A stretch of 64,000 nt of DNA, taken from the NCBI GenBank assembly GCA_016934335.1, contig JAFGTC010000130.1:431-64430 (forward strand), read 5' to 3'. The notes under the pieces are model-generated. The model saw only the letters and a program-made list of their open reading frames with translations, made no database searches and was not told the DNA's origin. The position numbers and the translations under genes are program-made. This document shows, piece by piece, positions 19,311 to 28,471 of this stretch. This DNA is from Candidatus Omnitrophota bacterium (GTDB taxonomy: Bacteria > Hinthialibacterota > Hinthialibacteria > Hinthialibacterales > Hinthialibacteraceae). Positions within the stretch are counted from its first letter, which is position 1. The number at the start of each line of letters is the position of its first letter.

Positions 19311-19976
19311 ATGAAATACAAAACAGTGGCATGGGGAGTCGTGATTGCGTCGTTGATGTGCATCGGGATGTCTCTCAATGCGGCGGAAACAGAAGAAGCC
19401 GGCAGGGGCTCATGGACGCCTTTGTTCGATGGAAAAACGCTGGACGGCTGGGAGCAGATAAACGGAACCGCCAAATATGTGGTTGAAGACGGCGCCATCA
19501 AAGGAACCACCGTTGAAGGCAGCCCCAATTCGTTTTTGTGCACAAAGAAGCACTATTCCGATTTCGTGCTGGAATTTGAGGTTCTGGTCGACGATAGGCT
19601 TAATTCCGGCGTGCAAATTCGCAGCAACAGCTTCTCCGATTTCAAAGACGGACGCGTACACGGCTACCAGGCGGAAATCGCCGTCAATGGAAACGCGGGA
19701 TTGATCTACGATGAGGCCCGTCGCGCTCAATGGGTCGATATGGAGAATTGCGAACAAACCGACGAAGCCAAAGCCGCCTTCAAAAAAGGCGAATGGAACA
19801 AATTTATCATCCTATGCGTCGGCGATAATATTTTCACTTGGATCAACGGCGTTAACATCGCTCATATTTCAGACTCGATGACGAAATCGGGATTCATTGG
19901 ATTACAGGTTCACGCGTTTCGCGGCGAAACGCCGGCTTGGGTCAAATGGCGCAATATCAGGATTCGAGAATTATAA
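19311..19976 (+). CDS. Secreted DUF1080 (3-keto-disaccharide hydrolase) protein
   Basis: AAGGAG RBS, signal peptide, LFDGKTLDGW, NSGVQIRS, GFIGLQVH and WRNIRIREL. Confidence 0.92.
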   Translation: MKYKTVAWGVVIASLMCIGMSLNAAETEEAGRGSWTPLFDGKTLDGWEQINGTAKYVVEDGAIKGTTVEGSPNSFLCTKKHYSDFVLEFEVLVDDRLNSGVQIRSNSFSDFKDGRVHGYQAEIAVNGNAGLIYDEARRAQWVDMENCEQTDEAKAAFKKGEWNKFIILCVGDNIFTWINGVNIAHISDSMTKSGFIGLQVHAFRGETPAWVKWRNIRIREL

Positions 19977-20031
19977 TCCTGACAAATTCGTTAAAGTATC
20001 TTGATGTAAGTTGAATAATGATAGATGGTGA

Positions 20032-20069
20032 GAGGGGCGGCGTCTATGCGTCGGCCCCTCGTTGTTTTT
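20032..20069 (+). terminator. Rho-independent terminator (possibly bidirectional) between the convergent DUF1080 and ftsY genes
   Basis: GAGGGGCGGCGT-CTAT-GCGTCGGCCCCTC hairpin followed by GTTGTTTTT. Confidence 0.6.
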
Positions 20070-20073
20070 ATCC

Positions 20074-21114
20074 TTATTTCTCATCTTCATCTTCATCCTG
20101 CTCGCCTTCCACCTGAAAGAGAGCCTTGGTGAATGCGTCCGGATCGAAGGGCTCTAAATCTTCAATGCTTTCGCCCACGCCGATAAATTTTACCGGAAGA
20201 TTCAGTTCTTTATGGACCGCAAGCACGACGCCGCCCCGGGCGGTTCCGTCTAGTTTTGTGAGAATTAATCCGGTTACGCCGCATGACTGCAAGAACTGGC
20301 GCGCCTGGCTCAACGCATTTTGCCCGGTTGAAGCGTCCAACACTAATAAGATTTCATGCGGCGCCCCTTCAAATTCACGACCGATCACCCGAGACATTTT
20401 CGACAGTTCTTGCATCAAGTTGGACTTAGTGTGCAATCGTCCGGCCGTATCGATGATAATGACGTCGGGAGGATCGATTTTGGCTTTTTCCATAGCGTTG
20501 AAGACGACCGACGAGGGATCCGAGCCTTCTTTTCCCAAGACGATGGGGACGTCCGCCCTCTTCGACCAAATATCCAATTGATCAATGGCCGCGGCGCGAA
20601 ACGTATCCGCCGCCGTCAAAAGAATCTTGCGGCCTTCGCCTTTCAAACGATGCGCCAATTTTCCAATGGCCGTGGTTTTACCGACGCCGTTGACGCCGAT
20701 AATCAAATAGATGCTCGGCCCTTCGGGCGCCGTCTTCAGCGTCCGGTCGCCTTGCTCCAACATTTCGCGCATCAACGAACGCAAAGTATCCGTCAGCCAT
20801 TTAGAATCTTCCGAGCCTCTTTTCTTTTCCCGGCGAATGCGCTCCCGCAATTCTTCAATCAATTCCGTGGTCGTATGAACGCCCACATCGGCGGAAATGA
20901 GAATCTCTTCCAGCTCTTCCAGCAGTTCGTCGTCGATCCGCCCGCGCAGCCGGAACAGGTTCAACGCTTTTTGCGCAATGGATTCGCGTGTGGCTTTCAG
21001 CCGATCGCGCAATTTGGCGAACAATCCCTTGGGCGCCGAGTCCTGCTTCTCCACGCCGGCGGTCTGAGCTTCCTGAACCGACTGAACTCCATCCTGCTTC
21101 TTTTTCCAAAACAT
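20074..21114 (-). CDS. ftsY: Signal recognition particle receptor
   Basis: GVNGVGKTT, ADTFRAAA, DTAGR, TKLDGTARGG and IGVGE motifs. Confidence 0.97.
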   Translation of the reverse strand: MFWKKKQDGVQSVQEAQTAGVEKQDSAPKGLFAKLRDRLKATRESIAQKALNLFRLRGRIDDELLEELEEILISADVGVHTTTELIEELRERIRREKKRGSEDSKWLTDTLRSLMREMLEQGDRTLKTAPEGPSIYLIIGVNGVGKTTAIGKLAHRLKGEGRKILLTAADTFRAAAIDQLDIWSKRADVPIVLGKEGSDPSSVVFNAMEKAKIDPPDVIIIDTAGRLHTKSNLMQELSKMSRVIGREFEGAPHEILLVLDASTGQNALSQARQFLQSCGVTGLILTKLDGTARGGVVLAVHKELNLPVKFIGVGESIEDLEPFDPDAFTKALFQVEGEQDEDEDEK

Positions 21115-21140
21115 ATCTGAAAAATCCTCTTATAAACCAT

Positions 21141-21168
21141 TTAACTATAGCTTTTCCGCTATAGTTAA
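21141..21168. repeat. Perfect inverted repeat TTAACTATAGC-N6-GCTATAGTTAA
   Basis: 11-bp arms at 21141-21151 and 21158-21168 with spacer TTTTCC. Confidence 0.9.
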
Positions 21169-21230
21169 TACATCATAGCGGGATGAATAGAGTGGGAAAG
21201 ACATACAGGAAAGGATCAAGAGTAAATTTC

Positions 21231-21896
21231 ATGGATAAGAAATTATATAAATGGTTTTATGATAACATTCATAGTAAATATTATGATTTCATGATCCAGT
21301 TGTTTTCTTTGCCATTCGGAGGAGAGAAGATTTTCCGGACTACGCTTCTGAAACCCATTCAATTTCGATCCAACGAGAAAATTCTTGATATGTGCTGCGG
21401 AACGGGAGGCGCAACCCTGTTCATTTCACAAAAAGCGAACCGTTCCGCTGGCATAATTGGGATTGATCTATCAAGAGGGCAATTGAAGCGCGCGCTAAAC
21501 AAGAATTATGGATGTCCTACTTTTTTCGCTGAATGCGATGCTTCTTGTTTAAGTATTTTAAATTGCATGTTCGATAAAGTCTTTATTACCCATGCCATCC
21601 ATGAAATGCCCCGGAGCGAACGCTTGCAAACGTTGAAGGAAGCAAAACGAGTTTTGAAATCCAATGGCGAACTCATTATTCTTGAACTGGATAATCCACC
21701 GAACTTTTTTTTGCGAATCTTGATTGGCTTTCTGTTTTTGTATTGGCTTCCGGGGAATTTCGAGACCGTTACTCGAAGAGATTTAATGAAGCATGGCTTG
21801 ATAAACGAAATGGCGGAATGTGGATTCGCTCATGTAAGAAAATTTCCCTCTTACAAGGGAATCTTACAAACCGCTGTCGGAATTAAGAATACGTAA
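21231..21896 (+). CDS. UbiE-like class I SAM-dependent methyltransferase
   Basis: ILDMCCGTG, GIDLS, HEMP and RVLKSNG. The ORF is open from 21183; ATG 21231 is preferred. The sequence is visibly AT-rich. Confidence 0.82.
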   Translation: MDKKLYKWFYDNIHSKYYDFMIQLFSLPFGGEKIFRTTLLKPIQFRSNEKILDMCCGTGGATLFISQKANRSAGIIGIDLSRGQLKRALNKNYGCPTFFAECDASCLSILNCMFDKVFITHAIHEMPRSERLQTLKEAKRVLKSNGELIILELDNPPNFFLRILIGFLFLYWLPGNFETVTRRDLMKHGLINEMAECGFAHVRKFPSYKGILQTAVGIKNT

Positions 21897-21919
21897 ATAT
21901 GACCGCCGAAGAACTGATA

Positions 21920-23263
21920 TCAAATTGGATTTCGGGTTAGCCGGCGCGAAATCCAATAGACAGGCAAACCGATGATGACGATCCCGAATCCAATCCACGA
22001 ACCGTATGGCGTAATGCTGTTGCCATAATTGAAACTGCTGTAAAGAAGCATGCCGCAGGTGGCGAGATACATCAGGGGGATGAAAGGATAGAAGGGAACT
22101 CGAAACGGCCGCTCGACGTCCGGTTCGCGCCGCCGCAGGATGATCAATGTTACGCCGACCATCGCCATAAAAAGCCAATGCGCCGCCGATGTATAAATGA
22201 CTAACTGAGCGAAGGTGCTCGTCAACAGCAGAATGCACGAAATCACGCCTTGAACGACCAGCGCAGTCGTCGGAACGGCGGAGCGAGAATCCCATTGTCC
22301 CATGAAGCGAAAGAGAGCGTGATCTCGACCGAAGGCGTGGTAGATTCGACCGCCGACCAGCACCATGCCGTTCACCGATCCCAAGGCGCAGATGATGACG
22401 ACGGCCGCCATCAATCGTCCTCCCATCGGCCCCAATCCCATTTCCATGACCTTGGCCATGATTCCGCTCGATTCGGCCATGCCTTTCGGGCCGAGCGAGT
22501 ACAAAAGGGCGGCGTTGACCAGGCAGTAAATCAGAGTGACGACGGACAGGCCGATCAGCAGCGCCCGCAAAACATTTTTGCCGGGATTCTTGATGTCCGC
22601 CGCCACAAATGCGCAGTCGCTCCACCCGCCAAACGCCAACTGGACGAAAATCAATGAAAGAAAGAACGCTCCGAAAGTAAAACTGGCGGGCTCTGCCGGT
22701 TGAACGCTCTGCGGAGTCTGCGGAGAAACAAAAAACGCGACGAGTATGATGCCGGAGAGGCCCAACACCTGCGCGGCCGATAGGCCGTTCTGCGTCCATT
22801 TTCCCTGCTTCAACCCCAGACAGTTAATCGCTGTAAATCCGACGACGGCTGCCAGCGCGTACACTGTTTTCGCGTAGGGAAAAGCATAGAGTTGCTCGCC
22901 GTAAATTCCGGCGATGGACGCCATCATGGCGATGTTGCCGCTGTGAATCACCCAAATGCGCCCCCAGGCGTAGAGAAATCCCGCCCAGGATCCGTAGGTA
23001 TGATGCAGAAAAAAATAGTCTCCCCCCTCGCGCGGATAGGCGGAGGCCAATTCCGCATAGCAAAGCGCGCCTAAGAAGGACAATATTCCTCCCATCATCC
23101 ATACCAGCATGATCCATTTTCCCGAACCGAGAAGTCCGGCGATGTCGGAGGGAGTTTGATAAATGGCGCTGCCGATAATAATGCCGACAATAATGCAGAC
23201 CACGTCAAAGAGCCCCAGCGAACGTTTAATCAGAGGCGTCGAATTATCATTCGGATGATTCAT
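21920..23263 (-). CDS. APC family amino acid permease
   Basis: GIIIGSAIY, CYAELASAYPREGGDY, FGGW and RPFRVPFYP. ATG 23263 avoids an overlap with the upstream gene. Confidence 0.92.
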   Translation of the reverse strand: MNHPNDNSTPLIKRSLGLFDVVCIIVGIIIGSAIYQTPSDIAGLLGSGKWIMLVWMMGGILSFLGALCYAELASAYPREGGDYFFLHHTYGSWAGFLYAWGRIWVIHSGNIAMMASIAGIYGEQLYAFPYAKTVYALAAVVGFTAINCLGLKQGKWTQNGLSAAQVLGLSGIILVAFFVSPQTPQSVQPAEPASFTFGAFFLSLIFVQLAFGGWSDCAFVAADIKNPGKNVLRALLIGLSVVTLIYCLVNAALLYSLGPKGMAESSGIMAKVMEMGLGPMGGRLMAAVVIICALGSVNGMVLVGGRIYHAFGRDHALFRFMGQWDSRSAVPTTALVVQGVISCILLLTSTFAQLVIYTSAAHWLFMAMVGVTLIILRRREPDVERPFRVPFYPFIPLMYLATCGMLLYSSFNYGNSITPYGSWIGFGIVIIGLPVYWISRRLTRNPI

Positions 23264-23363
23264 GCTTTTGGATGCATCCTTTTTACGAATTTTTTTTATA
23301 ATTCGGGTTTTATTCGGATTGCATGTTTCAAATTGCATAAAATGGAAAACAAATATTGACGCA

Positions 23364-23819
23364 TTATTCCCAACGATTGCCAATCGATCGCTGAGAAATA
23401 ATCTTCGATTGCGCCCAATCTACAATTTCGCGCGCCGTCGGCGGAAATATCAACAGATGGGGAATATCCTCGATCGGATGCCATTGGGCGTCGCGCAGCA
23501 CGGCGTCGGGATTGACGGTCATCTCTCCGCCGACAATCTCTCCCTCAAAATAATAATTGATCACATGGCGATGTTGATCGGGGGGGATGGTTTCAGAAAT
23601 AAACAGCAAATCGCCGATGCGAACATCCAGGCTGCATTCCTCCATGAGCTCCCTCTGAGCGGCTTCGCTCAAAGTCTCGCCGTATTCCACGCCGCCCCCC
23701 GGGATCAGCCAATAGGTTCTGCCGTATTTTTCATGTTGAACAAGCAGGATTTTCCCATCCTGTTCGATGATGACGGCGACGCGATTGCGAATGTATCTTT
23801 TATCTTTCCGTTCGGCCAT
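23364..23819 (-). CDS. NUDIX hydrolase
   Basis: Nudix box GGGVEYGETLSEAAQRELMEECSL. Confidence 0.92.
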   Translation of the reverse strand: MAERKDKRYIRNRVAVIIEQDGKILLVQHEKYGRTYWLIPGGGVEYGETLSEAAQRELMEECSLDVRIGDLLFISETIPPDQHRHVINYYFEGEIVGGEMTVNPDAVLRDAQWHPIEDIPHLLIFPPTAREIVDWAQSKIISQRSIGNRWE

Positions 23820-23920
23820 TTTAATCCGTTGATATTTCTAATTCGACATAATGTCGAGAAATTCCCTTATCCGAAAGAGCGGCGGCGCCTTTCGTCTTTT
23901 ATGTGCGTGGCGATTGACGA

Positions 23921-25225
23921 TTAACTTTTTAATTGATATCCAGCCGGCGGCGGCGGAGATTGCTCGGCGTCGACGTCAATTTTGCAGGGCATGCTTTTTT
24001 TGCGGAATAAATAATGCGCAAAGGGCTTCATCATCGCCAGTTTCGTTTTGTATAGATAATAAGACATCGACGGTTCGACGAGATATTCGGCGTCGGTCGG
24101 CTGTACGACAAGGCTTACTTCAATATTCGGGGTCAATCCGATGGGGATGCCGTACTGCATGCACGATTCGTAGACCTGTCGGAAAACGCGGATCATATCT
24201 TCATAGGATGGCGACGGCCATTCTTCCATGATCGCCCCTTTGACCGGACGGAAAATACAGACTGTGGGAAACGCGCCGACGCTGCAAATGTAATCGATGG
24301 CTTTCAGCGTATCTTCGATCGGCTCGATCCCTGCGATGATTTCGCCGGAAATGCGCCCTTTCCCAAGCAGTTTGCTGGTGTATTCCATCGCCCGGAAAAA
24401 AGTTTCTTGGCCGATGTGCTTGGTTTTGCCGGGCAGATAGCGTTGAAAATATTCTTTGTTATGAAGTTCGTAACAGAACGAAAAATGATCGGCGCCGCAT
24501 TCCGCCAGCCAGTCGTATTTCCATAGCTCCTTTTGGGGGATGGCCTGCACGCCGACCAAATTGCCAACTTGCTCTTTGATCGCTTTCACGAATGGCGCGC
24601 ATATTTCCAGCCCCTTGCCCGACTGGTAGCCGGTATTGAAATGCGTAAACGTTACGCCTGATTCTTCTTTGGCGACTTGAGCCACTTCGACTACTTCATC
24701 GACCGTTTTTTCGGATTTATCGCCGCCCGGGCTTCCTACGTTCAGACCGGTAATGCAGAACTGGCAGTTTTCTCGAGGATCGGAATTCCAAAAGGCGCAG
24801 GCTTTCCCTAGATAGATCCCCAGATAGGTTCCCTGAAGAACGCCGATTTCCCGCATAATCACGCCGGAGGATGTCTTGCGGGCATACCATTCCGGCGCCG
24901 GCGGCAAAGAGACGGGGTATTTCTCTTGATCCTGAGTATGCGCAACAACATATCGGCCGTCTTCAAAGCGCAATTCATAGGGGCTGTAAGCAGCAAAACC
25001 CTCTTTTACAGGAGCGTTGAGCCAGATTTCCCGCTTTTTACCGGGCAGCAAAAGTTCGAGTCCGCTGCCCAGGCCTGCGCGGGCGCGCGCAAAGGTTCGC
25101 GCATCTTTCTCGAGATTGCACGATTCGTGAATGCGTATTCCTTTACAGAAGAGATCGATTTCCAATTCCGCCGGATTCAGGCGGCGTCCGTGGGATGCGT
25201 ATTGATAATCTTTTGAATCAATCAA
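23921..25225 (-). CDS. Radical SAM protein with an extended Cx10Cx2C motif (MSMEG_0568-like family)
   Basis: CAFWNSDPRENCQFC, YLPGK, IIAGIEP and FRPVKG. Confidence 0.75.
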   Translation of the reverse strand: MIDSKDYQYASHGRRLNPAELEIDLFCKGIRIHESCNLEKDARTFARARAGLGSGLELLLPGKKREIWLNAPVKEGFAAYSPYELRFEDGRYVVAHTQDQEKYPVSLPPAPEWYARKTSSGVIMREIGVLQGTYLGIYLGKACAFWNSDPRENCQFCITGLNVGSPGGDKSEKTVDEVVEVAQVAKEESGVTFTHFNTGYQSGKGLEICAPFVKAIKEQVGNLVGVQAIPQKELWKYDWLAECGADHFSFCYELHNKEYFQRYLPGKTKHIGQETFFRAMEYTSKLLGKGRISGEIIAGIEPIEDTLKAIDYICSVGAFPTVCIFRPVKGAIMEEWPSPSYEDMIRVFRQVYESCMQYGIPIGLTPNIEVSLVVQPTDAEYLVEPSMSYYLYKTKLAMMKPFAHYLFRKKSMPCKIDVDAEQSPPPPAGYQLKS

Positions 25226-25413
25226 GGCCGTATTCTCCTAACTACATGATTTCACATGCAACTCCAGTTTATCATGCATTCAATTAATGCTATAGAACCG
25301 CGATACGCTCTGGAAAAGGCTTTCTTCGTCTCACCTCGAAGAGCATTTGCAACTAAAATGCCGGATAGCGTCACATCTCCGTGCAATGAATCATCCAATA
25401 AGGAGTAAATGTA

Positions 25414-26379
25414 ATGGTTGAATTACGACGAAATCCACAGTTAGACTCGTGGGTTATGGTTAGCGCCCAGCGGCAGCATCGCCCGCAAATGCCCAAAGAT
25501 TGGTGCCCTTTCTGCCCCGGCTCCGGCAAAGTGCCCGATGATTACGACGTTTATCTGTATCCCAACGATTTTCCCCATTTATTAGCCGCCCCCCCCGAAC
25601 CCGAGTATCCCGGCGATTCGTTCTATCAAACAGAGAAGGCGTTCGGGCATTGCGACGTGGTGTTGTATTCGCCCAATCACACCGGCTCGATCAAGGAACT
25701 TTCTGAAGGTCGCCTCATGAAATTGTTCGCCTTGTGGCGAGACCGCACCGAAGAGATGAAAACCAAAGATTACGTCAAATATTGTTACATCTTTGAAAAC
25801 AAAGGCGACGTGATCGGGGTTACCATGCCCCATCCGCACGGGCAGATCTATTCCTATCCCTTCATCCCCATGCGAGTCGCTCGCGAGTTGGAATGCGCTA
25901 AAACTCATTTCGATAAAAATCAAAGAAATCTTTATGAGGATATTGTTCAAAAGGAGCTTCGCGAAAAAACGCGATTGATTTTTGAATCGGAATCTTTCAT
26001 TCTCTGCTCGCCGTTTGCGGGCGACTATCCCTATGAAACCCACTTGTTCTGCAAAAAACAGAGACTTCATCTGGCCGATTTAAGCGAAAAAGAAGCCCTC
26101 GACTTGATGCGAAGCATCGTCAAGACCGTCAAGATGTATGACGCCCTGTTTGGATTTCAACTGCCTTTCATGATGGCTTTCCATCAAGCTCCGGTCGACG
26201 GCGGCGAATATTCTTTCTATCGCTATCATGTCGAGTTCTATCCTCTGCACCGCGCCTCCAACAATCTGAAATACAACGCGGGCAGCGAAACCGGCGCATG
26301 GGCTTCCACCAATCCCTCCGCGCCGGAAGACAAAGCGGCGGAATTGCGCGAGGTCTTGAAAACCGTGGAGGAAGTTTAG
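25414..26379 (+). CDS. galT: Galactose-1-phosphate uridylyltransferase
   Basis: CPFCPG, FENKG, HPHGQ active site and PFMMAFHQAP; AGGAG RBS. Confidence 0.95.
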   Translation: MVELRRNPQLDSWVMVSAQRQHRPQMPKDWCPFCPGSGKVPDDYDVYLYPNDFPHLLAAPPEPEYPGDSFYQTEKAFGHCDVVLYSPNHTGSIKELSEGRLMKLFALWRDRTEEMKTKDYVKYCYIFENKGDVIGVTMPHPHGQIYSYPFIPMRVARELECAKTHFDKNQRNLYEDIVQKELREKTRLIFESESFILCSPFAGDYPYETHLFCKKQRLHLADLSEKEALDLMRSIVKTVKMYDALFGFQLPFMMAFHQAPVDGGEYSFYRYHVEFYPLHRASNNLKYNAGSETGAWASTNPSAPEDKAAELREVLKTVEEV

Positions 26380-26386
26380 TTCATTC

Positions 26387-28393
26387 ATGAGACGTTGGGG
26401 CGGCTGCATACTACTTTTTTTATTCATTTTCCAGTCCTTTTTTGTCCAGGCGGAGACGTGGCATCCTTTTCCCATGGCTTGGGATCAAGCCCCGATCCGC
26501 CTTTCCTTCCTGCTCGATCCCCCCGCCGGCAAACACGGCTTTCTCGGCGTCGAGGGGGATCGATTCGTTTTTGAAGACGGCGTAGAAATTCGATTCTGGG
26601 GAGCGACGCTGACCGGTTCGGGCTGCTTCCCTTCGCAGGATATCGCTCCGATGGTCGCCGAGAGGTTATCCCAGTTCGGCGTCAACCTCGTTCGCTTCCA
26701 TCAAATGGACGCCGAATGGGCGACGCCGAATCTATTCTCCATGGATCCCGACGCCCGTGAATATTTGAATCCCGAAGCCTTGGATCGCTTGGATTTTTTT
26801 CTTTACCAGTTGGAAGGCCGGGGAATCTATGCCTGGATGGACGGTCTTTCCGCGCGCCGCCTTCGGGAATTCGACGGCATTGCATCCTGGAAATATCTTC
26901 CTCCCGGCCTGAAAGGCTACATCTTTTTCGACGCGGGTCTGCAGGATGTCCATCAGGAATTTTTGCAGGCGTTCTGGAGCCATCGCAACCGCTATACCGG
27001 CCGGCAGTATCGCGATACGCCCGCCATTGTCATGACGGAATTGTTTCACGACAACCATTTGCTTTTGGATCGTCCCCGCATTCAACCTTTTTCGACCGAT
27101 TTCGCGGATCAATGGAAAGAGCATCTGCGCAGCCAGGGCGCCGAGGACGATCTGGAATTTGATTGGGAATCGCCTACGCTGGAAATGCGGCGGTTCGCTT
27201 CCCAATTGATGGGCGCCGCGTCGGCCGATTTTTTTCATTCATTGCGCGCATTCAGCGTCAAATCGCCGGTTACGTCGTCAAACGCCGTTCTTTCCCTTTT
27301 TGACCTCCCTTTGGCTTCTCTCCTGGATTTCACTCATGCGGAAGGCCTCTGGAATGCGCCGGGATTGCAGACTGAATTATTCAGCAATCGAAGAATGACC
27401 GACGTCGATTTGCGCCAGTCCGATAACCTATTCTCGAATTTGGCCTTCAGTCGAGTTGAAAAAAAGCCGTTCGTAGTCTCCAAATGGGGCGAACCCTGGC
27501 CCTGCGACTACCGGGCGGAAATGCCGCTGTGGATGGCCGCCATGGCGCGTTTCCAGAATTGGCGGGGCGCGATATCCTCAACCTGCCATTCGTTTTACGA
27601 TCCGGATCTCGATTCCATCGCCGCGCCTTTGGAGTCATTCAACGATCCCTGCGTTTTCGGATTGATGCCCGCCGCCGCCTTGTTATTCCACCGCGGGGGA
27701 ATGCAGGAAAACCGGCAAAAAGCCACGATGGCCGTCCCGGATTTTCTTTTTGAACAGGATGATCCCATCGCGCCGTCCGCCTGTCGGACAACCCGGCTGG
27801 TCGACGATAGAGCCGTCTATGTTAAACTGAAAAGCCGCGCGTCGGGCAAGAATATTTTTCTGCCGACCGAACCGCTTGATTTGGATTCGTATGAAAGTCG
27901 AGATAATAGCGCCTGGCATCGGCGCGATGCAAAGCGAGGGCTTGTCTTTATCGACGATTCTCAAACGCAGGCGATGATCGGCAGGATCAAACTGGCGCAG
28001 TTCGGTGAATTGAACTATCTGGATGTAGAGAGCGGCGAAGATTTCGCCGTCGTCAGCCTGAACAGTTTAGACGGCCGGCCGATCCCGCAGTCGCGTGATT
28101 TATGGGCGACCGTCGCATCCCAGGCGCGCAACCAGGGATTCCAAGCCCGGCAGATCGACGAAGAAACATATCGGATTGAAGACAGGGGCCGCGCGCCCGT
28201 TCTGATCCGCGAAACGCCGGTTCGACTATTTGTTAAGACGAACCATGAAGAGTGGACTGTTTCGGTTGTAGACGGCGGCGGGGAGGCCGGGGAGAATCTT
28301 CCGTATCAGATTGAAGAGGGGCGTCTCTCCTTCCGCGCCGGGGTTCACGGAACGATCTATTATCGGTTATCATGTCGTGCGCGAGACGAATGA
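26387..28393 (+). CDS. Secreted clan GH-A (GH5-like) glycoside hydrolase homolog with catalytic residues apparently substituted
   Basis: Signal peptide; LDPPAGKHGF, RFWG, GVNLVRFHQMD, LDRLDFF and NRYTG. The expected NE and E positions read HD and K. Confidence 0.7.
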   Translation: MRRWGGCILLFLFIFQSFFVQAETWHPFPMAWDQAPIRLSFLLDPPAGKHGFLGVEGDRFVFEDGVEIRFWGATLTGSGCFPSQDIAPMVAERLSQFGVNLVRFHQMDAEWATPNLFSMDPDAREYLNPEALDRLDFFLYQLEGRGIYAWMDGLSARRLREFDGIASWKYLPPGLKGYIFFDAGLQDVHQEFLQAFWSHRNRYTGRQYRDTPAIVMTELFHDNHLLLDRPRIQPFSTDFADQWKEHLRSQGAEDDLEFDWESPTLEMRRFASQLMGAASADFFHSLRAFSVKSPVTSSNAVLSLFDLPLASLLDFTHAEGLWNAPGLQTELFSNRRMTDVDLRQSDNLFSNLAFSRVEKKPFVVSKWGEPWPCDYRAEMPLWMAAMARFQNWRGAISSTCHSFYDPDLDSIAAPLESFNDPCVFGLMPAAALLFHRGGMQENRQKATMAVPDFLFEQDDPIAPSACRTTRLVDDRAVYVKLKSRASGKNIFLPTEPLDLDSYESRDNSAWHRRDAKRGLVFIDDSQTQAMIGRIKLAQFGELNYLDVESGEDFAVVSLNSLDGRPIPQSRDLWATVASQARNQGFQARQIDEETYRIEDRGRAPVLIRETPVRLFVKTNHEEWTVSVVDGGGEAGENLPYQIEEGRLSFRAGVHGTIYYRLSCRARDE

Positions 28394-28471
28394 TGGAAGC
28401 GTGATCGATATCGTGATTCGCGGATGGATTGCACGCCACTGCATATAAAAGTCGTAAGGAAAAATCCCCAA

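Noticed and set aside
20356-21120. 254-aa plus-strand ORF
   Set aside because: Antisense shadow of ftsY with no motifs.
21141-21168. Chromosomal dif site
   Set aside because: The geometry fits, but the arms lack the XerD consensus TTATGTTAAAT and are perfectly symmetric. Kept only as an unexplained inverted repeat.
21864-22799. 311-aa minus-strand ORF
   Set aside because: Alternative frame within the APC permease; its Arg-rich composition is typical of off-frame GC-rich DNA.
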